Source: an uncultured Spirochaetota bacterium (GTDB taxonomy: Bacteria; Spirochaetota; Brevinematia; Brevinematales; JAOACQ01). From it: a stretch of 64,000 nt of DNA. The stretch lies in the NCBI GenBank assembly GCA_963783575.1, contig CAWAOD010000005.1:96001-160000 (forward strand), given 5' to 3'. A program made the position numbers and the translations under genes. The notes below the pieces were generated by a model that saw nothing but the letters and a program-made list of their open reading frames with translations, was not told where the DNA came from and did no database searches. Below, in pieces: positions 29,894 to 39,856 of this stretch (the first letter of the stretch is position 1; each line of letters starts with the position of its first letter).

Positions 29894-31622
29894 TTTTCAA
29901 CCCCTCAATATTCTTAATAAGCCGGCCAATCTTTTTTTCAATCCTTGCTTTATCAAACTTTTCATATCTCTCATAAATCACTTTTTCTTTCATAAAATAA
30001 CGGTTTAAAAAAATCCACTCCGATGATTCTATCGCTGGAAATAACGAAGGATCAATTTTTAATTTACGAATAAAACCGCCAAGCCGGAAAACTCCCATGA
30101 TAATTTTATCGATTTTATTGAAATCTATCAAATGGTTGTCAAATAGTTTTTTTTTGTCTATCAATGGATAATTTTTGCACATTTCATTTACATAGTAATC
30201 AAGGTCTTCATGACGGAAATTTGTTATTACAGCGCCTGTTTTTGTAGCATTAACCAGATCGAGATGAGGATTAACACTGTGAATATTTTTTGCTGACTCT
30301 TCGAACCACCCTTTGAAATTGTTTAAAACAAAATCAGTATAAATTCCGCCTTCCACAGGGATGTTATTATCTGTTCCATCCGTTAAAGAATATTTTCTTG
30401 AGCGTAGAATTTTTAAAAAAACACTTTCCAGTGGAGTCAAACGGTTGTTCTTCTGTAAAATGCGGTAAAAATGCGATGTCGACGGCGAATGAGAAGTTTT
30501 GTATGAATAGGCCAGGTCCTGCCCGACCAGGATTATTTCTTTTCCACCGATTGTATAGGCAAAATGAAAACTTGACGTGGAAACCGACCCTCCCGATTCG
30601 ACATCTCCAAGCCGGATCCCCCCGTACGATTCGATCCAATTGACAAGTTCGCTCTTTATGAGAAAGGAATTTCCGCTGTAATCAAAATCCAGATGGGCCG
30701 TTGTCGCTATATATTTATTAATTTTTTTCCGGTTTTCATGCTTGTTGCATTCATCAAAATATGAGGGAAGTGATGTATTTACAACAATATCATATATCAG
30801 GTTTGTTTTTGAAATATATTTACTGTCGATAAGTGAAAAGTCACCCAGGTTATATACCTGCGAATCCAGCGAATAGATGAAATCTGGGATTATCCCGGCC
30901 TCAAAAAGAGGCAGAACAGCCGTGTCTACAGAGATTGTTATGCAATAAGGGCAGGCTCTTTTTATATTATCCAGTGAAAATTTTAATGATGGCCCTGCTG
31001 ATATAACCATTACAGGGGCATTTATTTTTTTAAAATCCATCTGGCTGACAGGGTAGGATGTTTTCAAATTGGGAATATTTTTTAAGATATTTATAAACCA
31101 AATCTCCTCAAAATTCAGTCTTGTGGTGAAATCCCCCAGTTTGACTTTAAGAAGCCTTTCTATCCTGTCTTCAAATGGTGTGTATGTTTCTTTATCATAT
31201 GCTCCTCTCAGGATAAGAGTTTTGATATTCTTAAAATTCTGTATTTCGATTAAAGAAAAAATTGTATCGAGCTTATCGGGCCGGTCGGTTGGTGAAATAT
31301 AAAAATAATTCGGCGGGATTTGATAGATTTTTTGAAAAAAAATATGAATATTCGGATTCAGTTCGATAATTATGATATTCTGAAATCCCTCTTTTTCAAG
31401 GATTTCAAGGTGGTAGCCGAAACCGGCACCAAGAATTATGATAAGCGTTTTATCTTTATCTAGAGAAAATAAAGAATTCACAAGTCTTAAGGCTTCCTTT
31501 CCCGGAGAATAGGAACTATGGACAGGCTTTCCTTGAACCCTGGGATAATAAAGTCCGTCTTCAGCCATAAATATTTCCGGGCTTATCTCCGAAAGATCCT
31601 TTAAAGCCCTGTAATTTATCAT
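29880..31622 (-). CDS. Motility-associated factor (MAF/DUF115) glycosyltransferase-like protein
   Basis: VHSSYSP, GAGFGYHL, ISAGPSL, GGSVS, LVGQDLAY motifs. Confidence 0.8.
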   Translation of the reverse strand: MINYRALKDLSEISPEIFMAEDGLYYPRVQGKPVHSSYSPGKEALRLVNSLFSLDKDKTLIIILGAGFGYHLEILEKEGFQNIIIIELNPNIHIFFQKIYQIPPNYFYISPTDRPDKLDTIFSLIEIQNFKNIKTLILRGAYDKETYTPFEDRIERLLKVKLGDFTTRLNFEEIWFINILKNIPNLKTSYPVSQMDFKKINAPVMVISAGPSLKFSLDNIKRACPYCITISVDTAVLPLFEAGIIPDFIYSLDSQVYNLGDFSLIDSKYISKTNLIYDIVVNTSLPSYFDECNKHENRKKINKYIATTAHLDFDYSGNSFLIKSELVNWIESYGGIRLGDVESGGSVSTSSFHFAYTIGGKEIILVGQDLAYSYKTSHSPSTSHFYRILQKNNRLTPLESVFLKILRSRKYSLTDGTDNNIPVEGGIYTDFVLNNFKGWFEESAKNIHSVNPHLDLVNATKTGAVITNFRHEDLDYYVNEMCKNYPLIDKKKLFDNHLIDFNKIDKIIMGVFRLGGFIRKLKIDPSLFPAIESSEWIFLNRYFMKEKVIYERYEKFDKARIEKKIGRLIKNIEGLKNARG

Positions 31623-31654
31623 AAATTCTTATCCTAACATTTAGCAAATGCCGA

Positions 31655-32212
31655 TTATATCGGCAGAATTAACGTTACGTTTATTCCAATCAAAGCGCTG
31701 ATAAAACCCAGTACCACGCCGGCCAGAACATCTGAAGGATAATGAAGGCCGAGATAAATTCTTGAAAATGCTATAAATGAAGCTATGATTAGCATCGGAA
31801 TAAAAAGTACCGGGTAAAAATAATAAAATACGAATACTATACCGAATGCGCCGGCCGTATGCCCTGAAGGGAATGAAAATTTATCAGGCGGGGCTATAAC
31901 ATTGGAAATATCTTCAAACTTAACAAACGGCCTTTGCCTGCTGAAAATATGCTTAATTATAGTTTGAAGAAGAACTTGGGTAATGGAAGTAATAGTCAGC
32001 GCCAGGCCGCTGTAGATATCGATTGCCAGGAATATGACACAAAGGATGAACCAAACCAAACCATCACCCATCCTGGACATAAACTTCATAAATGTTGTAA
32101 AGGATTTAATCCTTCTGTTGGAAAAAAATTGAACAAAATTTTTATCTAAAAAACGCCATCGGATTTTTCTTCTAATTTTTCCTTTTATGGCAATTTTTTC
32201 CCTTCTGCTCAA
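31655..32212 (-). CDS. PAP2 family phosphatase
   Basis: KHIFSRQRP, SFPSGH, SRIYLGLHYPSDV. Confidence 0.9.
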   Translation of the reverse strand: MSRREKIAIKGKIRRKIRWRFLDKNFVQFFSNRRIKSFTTFMKFMSRMGDGLVWFILCVIFLAIDIYSGLALTITSITQVLLQTIIKHIFSRQRPFVKFEDISNVIAPPDKFSFPSGHTAGAFGIVFVFYYFYPVLFIPMLIIASFIAFSRIYLGLHYPSDVLAGVVLGFISALIGINVTLILPI

Positions 32213-32222
32213 ATGCTGCTCC

Positions 32223-32654
32223 TTAATTATTTTTTGTTATATAATCTTCAGCGTTTTCCGGTATTTTTATATTTTTAACCAGAAAGTCCGGGGCTTTGAC
32301 TATTTTTCTAGTTTCACGGGAAATAAACACATGTTCAGTAAAACCAAGGCAAATTAATTGATTTTCATTTCTGAAAAGCCGGTAATCGATTTTGATTCTT
32401 GGACCGCTTAATTTTGTTACGGCGGATTGTATAAGAATATCATCATCGTAAAAAGAAGGCGCTATATATTTTGCGAATGCTTTTGTAACTGGCAGGATAA
32501 CGCCGGTCTCCTCAAGGTTTTTATATGTGATTCCGGATTCTCTTAAAAGCTCAGTTCTGCCGATTTCCATCCATATAAAATAATTGGCATAGTATACAAC
32601 GCCCATTTGATCTGTTTCGGCGTATCTAACCCTTATATTTGTCTTATTTGTCAT
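32223..32654 (-). CDS. YbgC/FadM family acyl-CoA thioesterase
   Basis: RVRYAETDQMGVVYYANYFIWMEIGR. Confidence 0.9.
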   Translation of the reverse strand: MTNKTNIRVRYAETDQMGVVYYANYFIWMEIGRTELLRESGITYKNLEETGVILPVTKAFAKYIAPSFYDDDILIQSAVTKLSGPRIKIDYRLFRNENQLICLGFTEHVFISRETRKIVKAPDFLVKNIKIPENAEDYITKNN

Positions 32655-32833
32655 TTCTGCCTCAAATAAAATTTATATGTAAAAGGCATTTATTTTATCA
32701 TAAATTCCGGAAATTTTCAACAAGCTTTTTAGCATACGTGCTCCAATTTTGGATTTGATGTTCCTGCGCGGTTGATGAGCAGAGCCATTACTGGCTTACC
32801 TGCTTTAACTCAATTAATAAGAATAATAAATAA

Positions 32834-32861
32834 AAAAGCTCCCTTAAAAAAGGGAGCTTTT
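32834..32861. terminator. Rho-independent terminator (bidirectional form)
   Basis: AAAAGCTCCCTT / AAGGGAGCTTTT hairpin just after the 32876 stop. Confidence 0.75.
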
Positions 32862-32875
32862 ATGATTAATTGATC

Positions 32876-33376
32876 TTATTTATGTTTTCCATTTATCTTA
32901 TCTAGAAACCTGTTAAAAGCCGCAACAAGATCCTGTAGTTCATCATTCTTTCTCAGCCTGAATTCGAGAGTCTTTATATCTAATTTCCCTCCCGTTGCTT
33001 CTTCCAGCGTACGCTTTATTCTGTAAATCGGACCAGCCATTTTATGGGAAATGAAAAGACCGAAAATTGCTATTAGTACTATATAAAGGATACTGATATA
33101 AATCAGCGGAGGAGTGTAAATCTGGAATATATTCATCGGATGGCTCAAATCGATTGTATCCTCAATTTTTAATGTTTTACCGGCTTCCATTTTTGTGGTA
33201 TCGATTTGTTTGGCCTTAAAGTAAAGAGGGGCTTTGAAACGGTTTAAATTATATATTCCTACTACACAAAGAGATAATGCCAGACCTAAAATTATCAAAA
33301 CGGAAAACTTTCCAATAAACCTTAGTTGGAAAGGCTTATCAATAAAATAGTGCCATCGGAATTTTTTCTTATTCAC
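32876..33376 (-). CDS. Two-TM HAMP-like membrane protein
   Basis: YFIDKPFQLRF, SHKMAGPIYR, LRKNDELQDL. Confidence 0.75.
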   Translation of the reverse strand: MNKKKFRWHYFIDKPFQLRFIGKFSVLIILGLALSLCVVGIYNLNRFKAPLYFKAKQIDTTKMEAGKTLKIEDTIDLSHPMNIFQIYTPPLIYISILYIVLIAIFGLFISHKMAGPIYRIKRTLEEATGGKLDIKTLEFRLRKNDELQDLVAAFNRFLDKINGKHK

Positions 33377-33590
33377 AATGTCCTCCTTATTACAAATCTA
33401 TTATTTTTTTACACTTATAATTTAAAGTAAAATAAAATTTTGTCAAGATATAAATGTGTTTTCATAAAAATATTCACAATAATAAAGTTAGGTTTATATC
33501 TACAATTTATTTTAGATTTATATTAATCATTACATATGAATTATAATGATTTAAATTCAGTTACCGATAATTATTAAAAAAGAAAAAAAT

Positions 33591-34586
33591 ATGATTAATA
33601 TAATTCATAAAATAATTATTTCTTCAATAGCTATAATGGTTCTTTCATGCTGTGCAAAGCAAAATCTACAGATTGTCAAAATCGAAGATATTCCGGCTAA
33701 AAAAATTGAACCTGAAATTAAAGTTAATGATGTATGTGAATCAGTTGAATTAGGACCATTTATCTGGCCGGAAAGTCATAACTTAAACTCTATTTCAATA
33801 AATTACTTTACAACAAATGAAGAAAAAACTACAATATTCTTCAGTATGGCCGGTGAAATAGACTGGGTGAGGATTGATGAGACACTTACAAAATATCACA
33901 GTATGGTCTTTGATAATCTTGAGGAAGGAGCTGTTTACCGCTTTGCTATTCAGAACAGCGGAAAATCTAATTACAGGAACGCGTCGATAAGAACTGTTCC
34001 ATATGGCGATGATTATCATTTCTTTTTCATAATTTCAACCATTGATGAAAATAGTTCGATTGATAAACAAATAATTTCAACAAATGAACCTTTAAAAGGG
34101 ATTTATTCAGGACCGGCAACAAATTTCAATGAAACTCCTCCCAATTTTTTAGTATTAATGTCAGGAAAGACAAATGTTAATGAAAAATCATTCTATGAAT
34201 ATTATAAATTGAATAAACATCTTCTTTCATCTACAATAATAGTTCCTATGTTTGAATTTTCCATTCAGAATAAAAAATTCTCATTATCAAAGAACGGATT
34301 GATCAATATAAGATATAAAAATGTTAATATTATAATGATTTATAACGATCAAATCGACAGCCAGCTGGCAGGTAAATATGTTTCTTCAAATATTGATGAT
34401 TATAATTATCTGCTGATAGGTAATATCGGGAAAATTGGCAGGGAAGAGATTATTAAAAAATATTCTATGGTTGTAAATGGCATATTTCAATACAAACAAT
34501 TGGATGATGAGGATGGTAGTATTACGAAATCGAATCAATTCCAGGTTGTAAACATCTCTAGAAAAGCTAAATTTGCGGTCAAATAG
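33591..34586 (+). CDS. Hypothetical lipoprotein (Fn3-like N-terminal region)
   Basis: Lipobox-like VLSC; HSMVFDNLEEGAVYRF. Confidence 0.55.
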   Translation: MINIIHKIIISSIAIMVLSCCAKQNLQIVKIEDIPAKKIEPEIKVNDVCESVELGPFIWPESHNLNSISINYFTTNEEKTTIFFSMAGEIDWVRIDETLTKYHSMVFDNLEEGAVYRFAIQNSGKSNYRNASIRTVPYGDDYHFFFIISTIDENSSIDKQIISTNEPLKGIYSGPATNFNETPPNFLVLMSGKTNVNEKSFYEYYKLNKHLLSSTIIVPMFEFSIQNKKFSLSKNGLINIRYKNVNIIMIYNDQIDSQLAGKYVSSNIDDYNYLLIGNIGKIGREEIIKKYSMVVNGIFQYKQLDDEDGSITKSNQFQVVNISRKAKFAVK

Positions 34587-34596
34587 GAGTGAATTT

Positions 34597-35046
34597 ATGG
34601 GATCGGGAATAATACTTTTAGTTAACGGGCCAAATTTAAATATGCTGGGAATCAGAGAACCCGAAAAATACGGGAATAAAAAACTTCAGGATATCGTAGA
34701 TGCTGTTGAAAAGTATGCTGTAAATCTGGGTTATAAGATCAAAAGCTTTCAGTCCAATCATGAAGGGGAACTTATTGATTTTATTCAGAAAGAGGGGATT
34801 ACTGCTTCAGGCATGGTTATAAATGCCGGAGCTTTTACACATACTTCAATTGCATTACGTGATGCTATTCTTTCAATCAAACTGCCTTTCACAGAAATAC
34901 ATATTTCAAATATATTCTGCAGGGAAGATTACCGCCGGCATTCATATTTATCCGATATAGCCGCAGGTTTAATTACCGGTTTCGGTGAAAATTCATATTA
35001 TCTTGGAATAAGGGCAATGATTGATTTTATTCAAAATAACAGATAA
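34597..35046 (+). CDS. aroQ: Type II 3-dehydroquinate dehydratase
   Basis: NGPNLNMLGIREPEKYG, QSNHEG, THTSIALRDA, EIHISN. Confidence 0.95.
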   Translation: MGSGIILLVNGPNLNMLGIREPEKYGNKKLQDIVDAVEKYAVNLGYKIKSFQSNHEGELIDFIQKEGITASGMVINAGAFTHTSIALRDAILSIKLPFTEIHISNIFCREDYRRHSYLSDIAAGLITGFGENSYYLGIRAMIDFIQNNR

Positions 35047-35142
35047 AATATAGTGATATTCAAATTGCGATATCAATAATTGATAGATTGATTCGATATA
35101 AGAACATGATGAATTTTGGCGAAGAATTAATTACAGGATTTT

Positions 35143-35964
35143 ATGGTGAAAATGATTTTTCATATTCTCATTTGTTTATTTTCAACATTTCTCTTTATGA
35201 TTATGAATATATCATATTCCCAGGAATATATTTCATATTCTAAGGAATATGAATCCTTGAAAAGATTGTATTTGACTGGTATGATGGCTTTTACAAGTAA
35301 TAATCTTGCTGAAGCGGAAAAGAATTTTAATGAAATTATTTCAATTACAAATCAAACGGTTAAGGATATTGAACCTTTGAAAGCAAGGGCATATTATTTT
35401 CTTGCCGATATTAATTTTATCGAACAGAAATTTGAAAAATCAATTGATAATTATAAAATAGTTGTACAAAAATATTATAGCGAAGATATTTATACCAAGT
35501 CTCTTTATAAACTTGGAAGAACATTGATTGTTTACGGCCGTTACGATGAAGGTATGGCTGTTCTGAAAGATTATCTGGCAAATTATGAAACCAATGATTC
35601 TCTGGCTGACTATGCTTTATACTGGGTGGGGCGTGCATATGCCGGGAAAGGCGATCAGCAGGGCGCATTGGACTCTTTTCAACTGGTATTGTCAAAATAT
35701 CCTTCTACGACTTTATCATATGAACTTCGGAATACGATAGATGCAATATCAAAAATTGTTGAAACTAAAAACAGACAGAAAGAAATCCTAACCGGAACAA
35801 CTAATAGCATTCAGGATCTAAAAATTAAAAATGAAAGGATGAAACAGGAAAAGGTGATGCTTCAAAAAATGACCGAATTATTACTAATAAAACAGCGGTT
35901 GCTTGAGATAAAATCGGAAAAAGTCGAACTTCTCAGTAGAATAAAAGATCAAGGACTTAGATAA
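35143..35964 (+). CDS. Exported TPR protein (BamD/YbgF-like)
   Basis: Signal peptide; TPR repeats (ADYALYWVGRAY). Confidence 0.75.
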   Translation: MVKMIFHILICLFSTFLFMIMNISYSQEYISYSKEYESLKRLYLTGMMAFTSNNLAEAEKNFNEIISITNQTVKDIEPLKARAYYFLADINFIEQKFEKSIDNYKIVVQKYYSEDIYTKSLYKLGRTLIVYGRYDEGMAVLKDYLANYETNDSLADYALYWVGRAYAGKGDQQGALDSFQLVLSKYPSTTLSYELRNTIDAISKIVETKNRQKEILTGTTNSIQDLKIKNERMKQEKVMLQKMTELLLIKQRLLEIKSEKVELLSRIKDQGLR

Positions 35965-35966
35965 TT

Positions 35967-37487
35967 ATGATCAATCGCTTTTTCATCATATTATTTTTAA
36001 TGTTAATTTACAGTTTAATATGGATTGTTCCTGCTTACGGAAAGTTTATTGAATTATCTAACGATTATGTCAAAGTTTCAGTTGATTATGATTCCGCGCG
36101 TTTTTATCTGGAAATTTCCAGTAATGATTTCAACAATAAATTTGAAAATAATAAAGCCCTGCTGTTTAAAAAAACACCTCCGACATCTTTTACAACAATA
36201 GCAATCGATAATCAATATTATATTTACGGTAGCGATGCCGGAAACTTTAAGAAAAAACCGCTGCTTGACTCAAAAAAGATCCAGAGCGAATGGATTATTA
36301 AAGATGTCAGTATTATTCAGGAAGTCAGCCTTATAAACGGGCAAAGCACTGGAAATGAAGATACTATGTTAATTGTTTACAAAATTACAAATAAAAAAAA
36401 TAAAAAATCAATGATCGGGCTGAGGATGCTTTTGGATACTGTCGCCGGTGATTTATCGGCAAGGGCGTTCGGAATACCCGGCCAGGGAAAAATCGATAAG
36501 GAGACAAGAATTGTACGGGATGATATTCCGCCTTACTGGTATTACCTTGATAACTATGATAACCCTGTTTTTGGCGCCATGGATACTACAATGGGAGATG
36601 GAATTACAAAGCCGGATAGGATAATATTTGCAGGCTGGGTTAGGTTAACCGATAATCCCTGGGAATTAGTAGTGGACTCCACAAGGGATTTTCGAAGGCC
36701 CGGCACAAGCCAATATAACAGCGCAGCAGCTATGTATTATGATCCAGTTGAGATCGATAAGGATAAAAACATAGGCATTACTAATATATTCGGAAAATAC
36801 AGTCCCAGCTATTTTACTGATAAAGATATGCTTATGTCGCTAAATGTGCCAAAAGAACCTCCTTCACCGCCTATTCCGGTAGCGGTTGAACTTGTTAACC
36901 AGGCTAAAACAGTAATGGATAAGCTGGAATTTGAAATAATCATTCCAAATGGATTCAAGCTATCTGATAATGAAACAAATATAATTGATTTTTTTAAGGT
37001 TGAAACAAATGCTTCTAAGAAGGTTTTGTGGAATTTGATCAACGGCAATATCGGAGGAAAATTTCAGGTAACCGTGAAAGCATCTGGCTGGATTAACAAT
37101 AATGTGCAAACTATTGAAGCGGTAAAAGATTTTACAATCAATTATTTCACTGGAGCGCCTTTACAAACAACAAACCTGGTATCAGGGCCTTTGAGCAATA
37201 CGAATTTTGTTTTGACCAATACAAACGTTATTGCAACAAACATCATATTTACCTTGCCAGCAGTTGTATCGGAACAGGAAAAAAGGCTTATTAAGGAAAT
37301 CGGGCAGCTTGATGATTTGATTAACGATGTTAATAAAAAATATCAGATTTTAATGGGTATATACAAAAACTTGTATATGACAAATGAAATATTTTTAAAT
37401 GAAATAGATACAAATATTCAAAATTTTAATGATAAGTTGCATGATTTTGAATTTAATATGTCGAATGAAAATATGTTAATAAAATAG
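35967..37487 (+). CDS. Exported hypothetical protein
   Basis: 506-aa ORF with signal peptide, IGLRMLLDT motif and coiled C-terminus. Confidence 0.7.
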   Translation: MINRFFIILFLMLIYSLIWIVPAYGKFIELSNDYVKVSVDYDSARFYLEISSNDFNNKFENNKALLFKKTPPTSFTTIAIDNQYYIYGSDAGNFKKKPLLDSKKIQSEWIIKDVSIIQEVSLINGQSTGNEDTMLIVYKITNKKNKKSMIGLRMLLDTVAGDLSARAFGIPGQGKIDKETRIVRDDIPPYWYYLDNYDNPVFGAMDTTMGDGITKPDRIIFAGWVRLTDNPWELVVDSTRDFRRPGTSQYNSAAAMYYDPVEIDKDKNIGITNIFGKYSPSYFTDKDMLMSLNVPKEPPSPPIPVAVELVNQAKTVMDKLEFEIIIPNGFKLSDNETNIIDFFKVETNASKKVLWNLINGNIGGKFQVTVKASGWINNNVQTIEAVKDFTINYFTGAPLQTTNLVSGPLSNTNFVLTNTNVIATNIIFTLPAVVSEQEKRLIKEIGQLDDLINDVNKKYQILMGIYKNLYMTNEIFLNEIDTNIQNFNDKLHDFEFNMSNENMLIK

Positions 37488-37497
37488 CGGTAATTAC

Positions 37498-38593
37498 ATG
37501 AATTATTTTGATAAAAGATTGAAACAGGTTCAAAACCTCATCTCAGATGATCAGGCTATTTTTATAAACAAACAGGAAGAAGTTTTTTATTTTACCGGCT
37601 TCACTGGTGAAGACGCATATCTCTTTATAACCAGAAACCAGGTATATTTTATTACAGACTCGCGTTTTACCGAGCAGGCGGAACAGGAAACAAGGATTAA
37701 ATTTAACATTGAAGAGATTAAGCCTGATTATAAATTGATTCATATTCTAAAAAGTATTATAAAAGATCATAAAATAAAATATATTTTATGTTATAAGAAA
37801 GAAATTGATGCTGATTTTTATGAAAATTTAATAGAATCTCTGAACTCAAACAATAAAGAGTCCAATGAAAGGATTACAATACAAAATTCGGATGTCGTAA
37901 AGGATCTCCGTATTTGTAAAGATGAATTTGAAATAGAGATTATGAGGCAGAATATTATTATGACCGAACTGGGTTACCATTATATAATCCGGTTGATAGA
38001 GGAAGGAAAAAAGGAAATTGATATCGCAGCCGAACTGGAATATTATATAAGGAAAAACGGGGCATTGAGGCCTTCTTTTGATACAATTATAGCTTCGGGC
38101 CAGAAGAAGCACTCTACCGCATGGAAAAGCAAGCGAAAAGATTATAGTACAAAACGAAGTCATCATCCTGGATTTTGGCATACTAAAAAACGGATACTGC
38201 TCAGACTTTACAAGATCGTATTATTTTGGTAAAATAATCGGCCCGAAAATCAAGGAGATCCATTCGGTTGTTCTGGAAGCTTTAAAAGCCGCCGAAAGTA
38301 TCGTAAAACCTGGGATTAAAGCCAGCATTGTTCATAATGCGGCTTATGATGTAATTAAAAATGCCGGATATGAAAAATATTTTCTACATTCGACAGGTCA
38401 TGGGGTAGGGCTTGAAATTCATGAACTGCCCAGGATTTCAGCATCCGATGATACTTTACTGAAAGAAGGTATGGTTTTTACGGTGGAGCCGGGTATTTAT
38501 CTTCCCGAAACCGGCGGAATCCGCCTTGAAGATATGGTCGCGGTTACTAAAACCGGATACGATTTACTGACCCAGTGCAGCTATGATCTATAG
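37498..38593 (+). CDS. Xaa-Pro aminopeptidase (M24), frameshifted near 38100
   Basis: FDTIIASG, then in shifted frame RSTLPHG...LDFG...YCSDFTR...HSTGHGVGLEIHE...TVEPGIY...IRLEDMV to TAG 38593. Confidence 0.85.
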
Positions 38594-38739
38594 CATGCCG
38601 CTTGACAGTTTTACAAACCGCGCAGAACCATTAAAGCCAGAAAAGGAGCACGGATGCTCCATGATATCTTAACTTTTACTTAATAGCCAGTGGCGAACAT
38701 CAGTTCGCCAAGCGATACGATATCGCAAGGAGAAATAAA

Positions 38740-39303
38740 ATGACATCATCCAATGACTTGAAGAAGGGAACAGTACTTAAACTTGACGGGGAGCTATACG
38801 CAGTGCTCTGGTATCAGCATCATAAACCGGGTAAGGGCGGGGCTATTGTCAGGACTAAACTTAGAAATGTTTTAAAAGATACGGTTGTCGAAAAGACATT
38901 CCGGGCCGGTGAACCGCTTGAGGATGTTTTTGTGGAAACAAAGGAAATGCAGCTTCTTTATAAAGAGGACAACAAATATGTCTTTATGGATAATGAAAAT
39001 TTTGAACAGTATCATGTAGAAGAAAGTTTGATAGGGGATGCGGTAAAATATCTTAAGAATGAAATGGTCTGTAATCTTTCTCTTTTTAAGGGCGATATCA
39101 TTGCTGTTGAGCCGCCGATGTTTGTTGAGCTTGAGGTTGTAGAAACAGACCCCGGCTTAAGAGGTGATACCGCGAGCGGAGGTTCAAAACCGGCAAAGGT
39201 TGAAACAGGCGCAGTTGTTCAGGTGCCATTATTTGTAAGTATTGGAGAAAAAATTAAAATTGATACCAGAGACGACAGATATATTGAAAGGGTTAAATCA
39301 TAA
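38740..39303 (+). CDS. efp: Elongation factor P
   Basis: KPGKGGA, PGLRGDTASGGSKPA, ETGAVVQVPLF. Confidence 0.97.
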   Translation: MTSSNDLKKGTVLKLDGELYAVLWYQHHKPGKGGAIVRTKLRNVLKDTVVEKTFRAGEPLEDVFVETKEMQLLYKEDNKYVFMDNENFEQYHVEESLIGDAVKYLKNEMVCNLSLFKGDIIAVEPPMFVELEVVETDPGLRGDTASGGSKPAKVETGAVVQVPLFVSIGEKIKIDTRDDRYIERVKS

Positions 39304-39321
39304 TGATAAAGGGAGGGTAAT

Positions 39322-39837
39322 GTGATTGATGTTAAAGATATCAGGAAATTATATGACATCTTTAAAGGCGATGAGATCGAATCCGTGGAAATACAGAACG
39401 GCGATGACAGATTAAGTTTTTCAATGGGAAATTTACAGCCTGTTGGAGAGATAAATCAGGAAAATAATACTGGAACTAAAAAAAGCGCTGCGAAAAAATC
39501 AGGAAAATCTGCTAAAGAATCGGATACTTTAGAGCCGGCTGCTTCAATGCCGGTTCAGGAAATAAATGCTGTTTCCGAAGAATCAAAACAGCTTGAAATT
39601 TTTGAACTCAAATCAGGCTGGGTAGGATTCTTTACACGGATGAATCCGAAAACCGGTGAAAGTTATATTAAATTACGGGATGTAATAAAAAAAGATGATC
39701 TTGTCGGTCATGTTAGAGTTCTTGGGGTTCTTCAGGATTTAAAATCGGAAGTTGAAGGCAAAGTTAAAGAAATCCTGGTGGAAGAAGGACAGCCTATTGA
39801 ATACGGCCAGCCGGTTATGCGGTTTGAGCTACAATAA
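39322..39837 (+). CDS. Biotin carboxyl carrier protein-like (AccB homologue lacking the EAMK lysine)
   Basis: Position before accC; C-terminal EILVEEGQPIEYGQP fold, but RVLGV where EAMKM is expected. Confidence 0.75.
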   Translation: MIDVKDIRKLYDIFKGDEIESVEIQNGDDRLSFSMGNLQPVGEINQENNTGTKKSAAKKSGKSAKESDTLEPAASMPVQEINAVSEESKQLEIFELKSGWVGFFTRMNPKTGESYIKLRDVIKKDDLVGHVRVLGVLQDLKSEVEGKVKEILVEEGQPIEYGQPVMRFELQ

Positions 39838-39856
39838 TTAATTTGGGAGTATTGAT

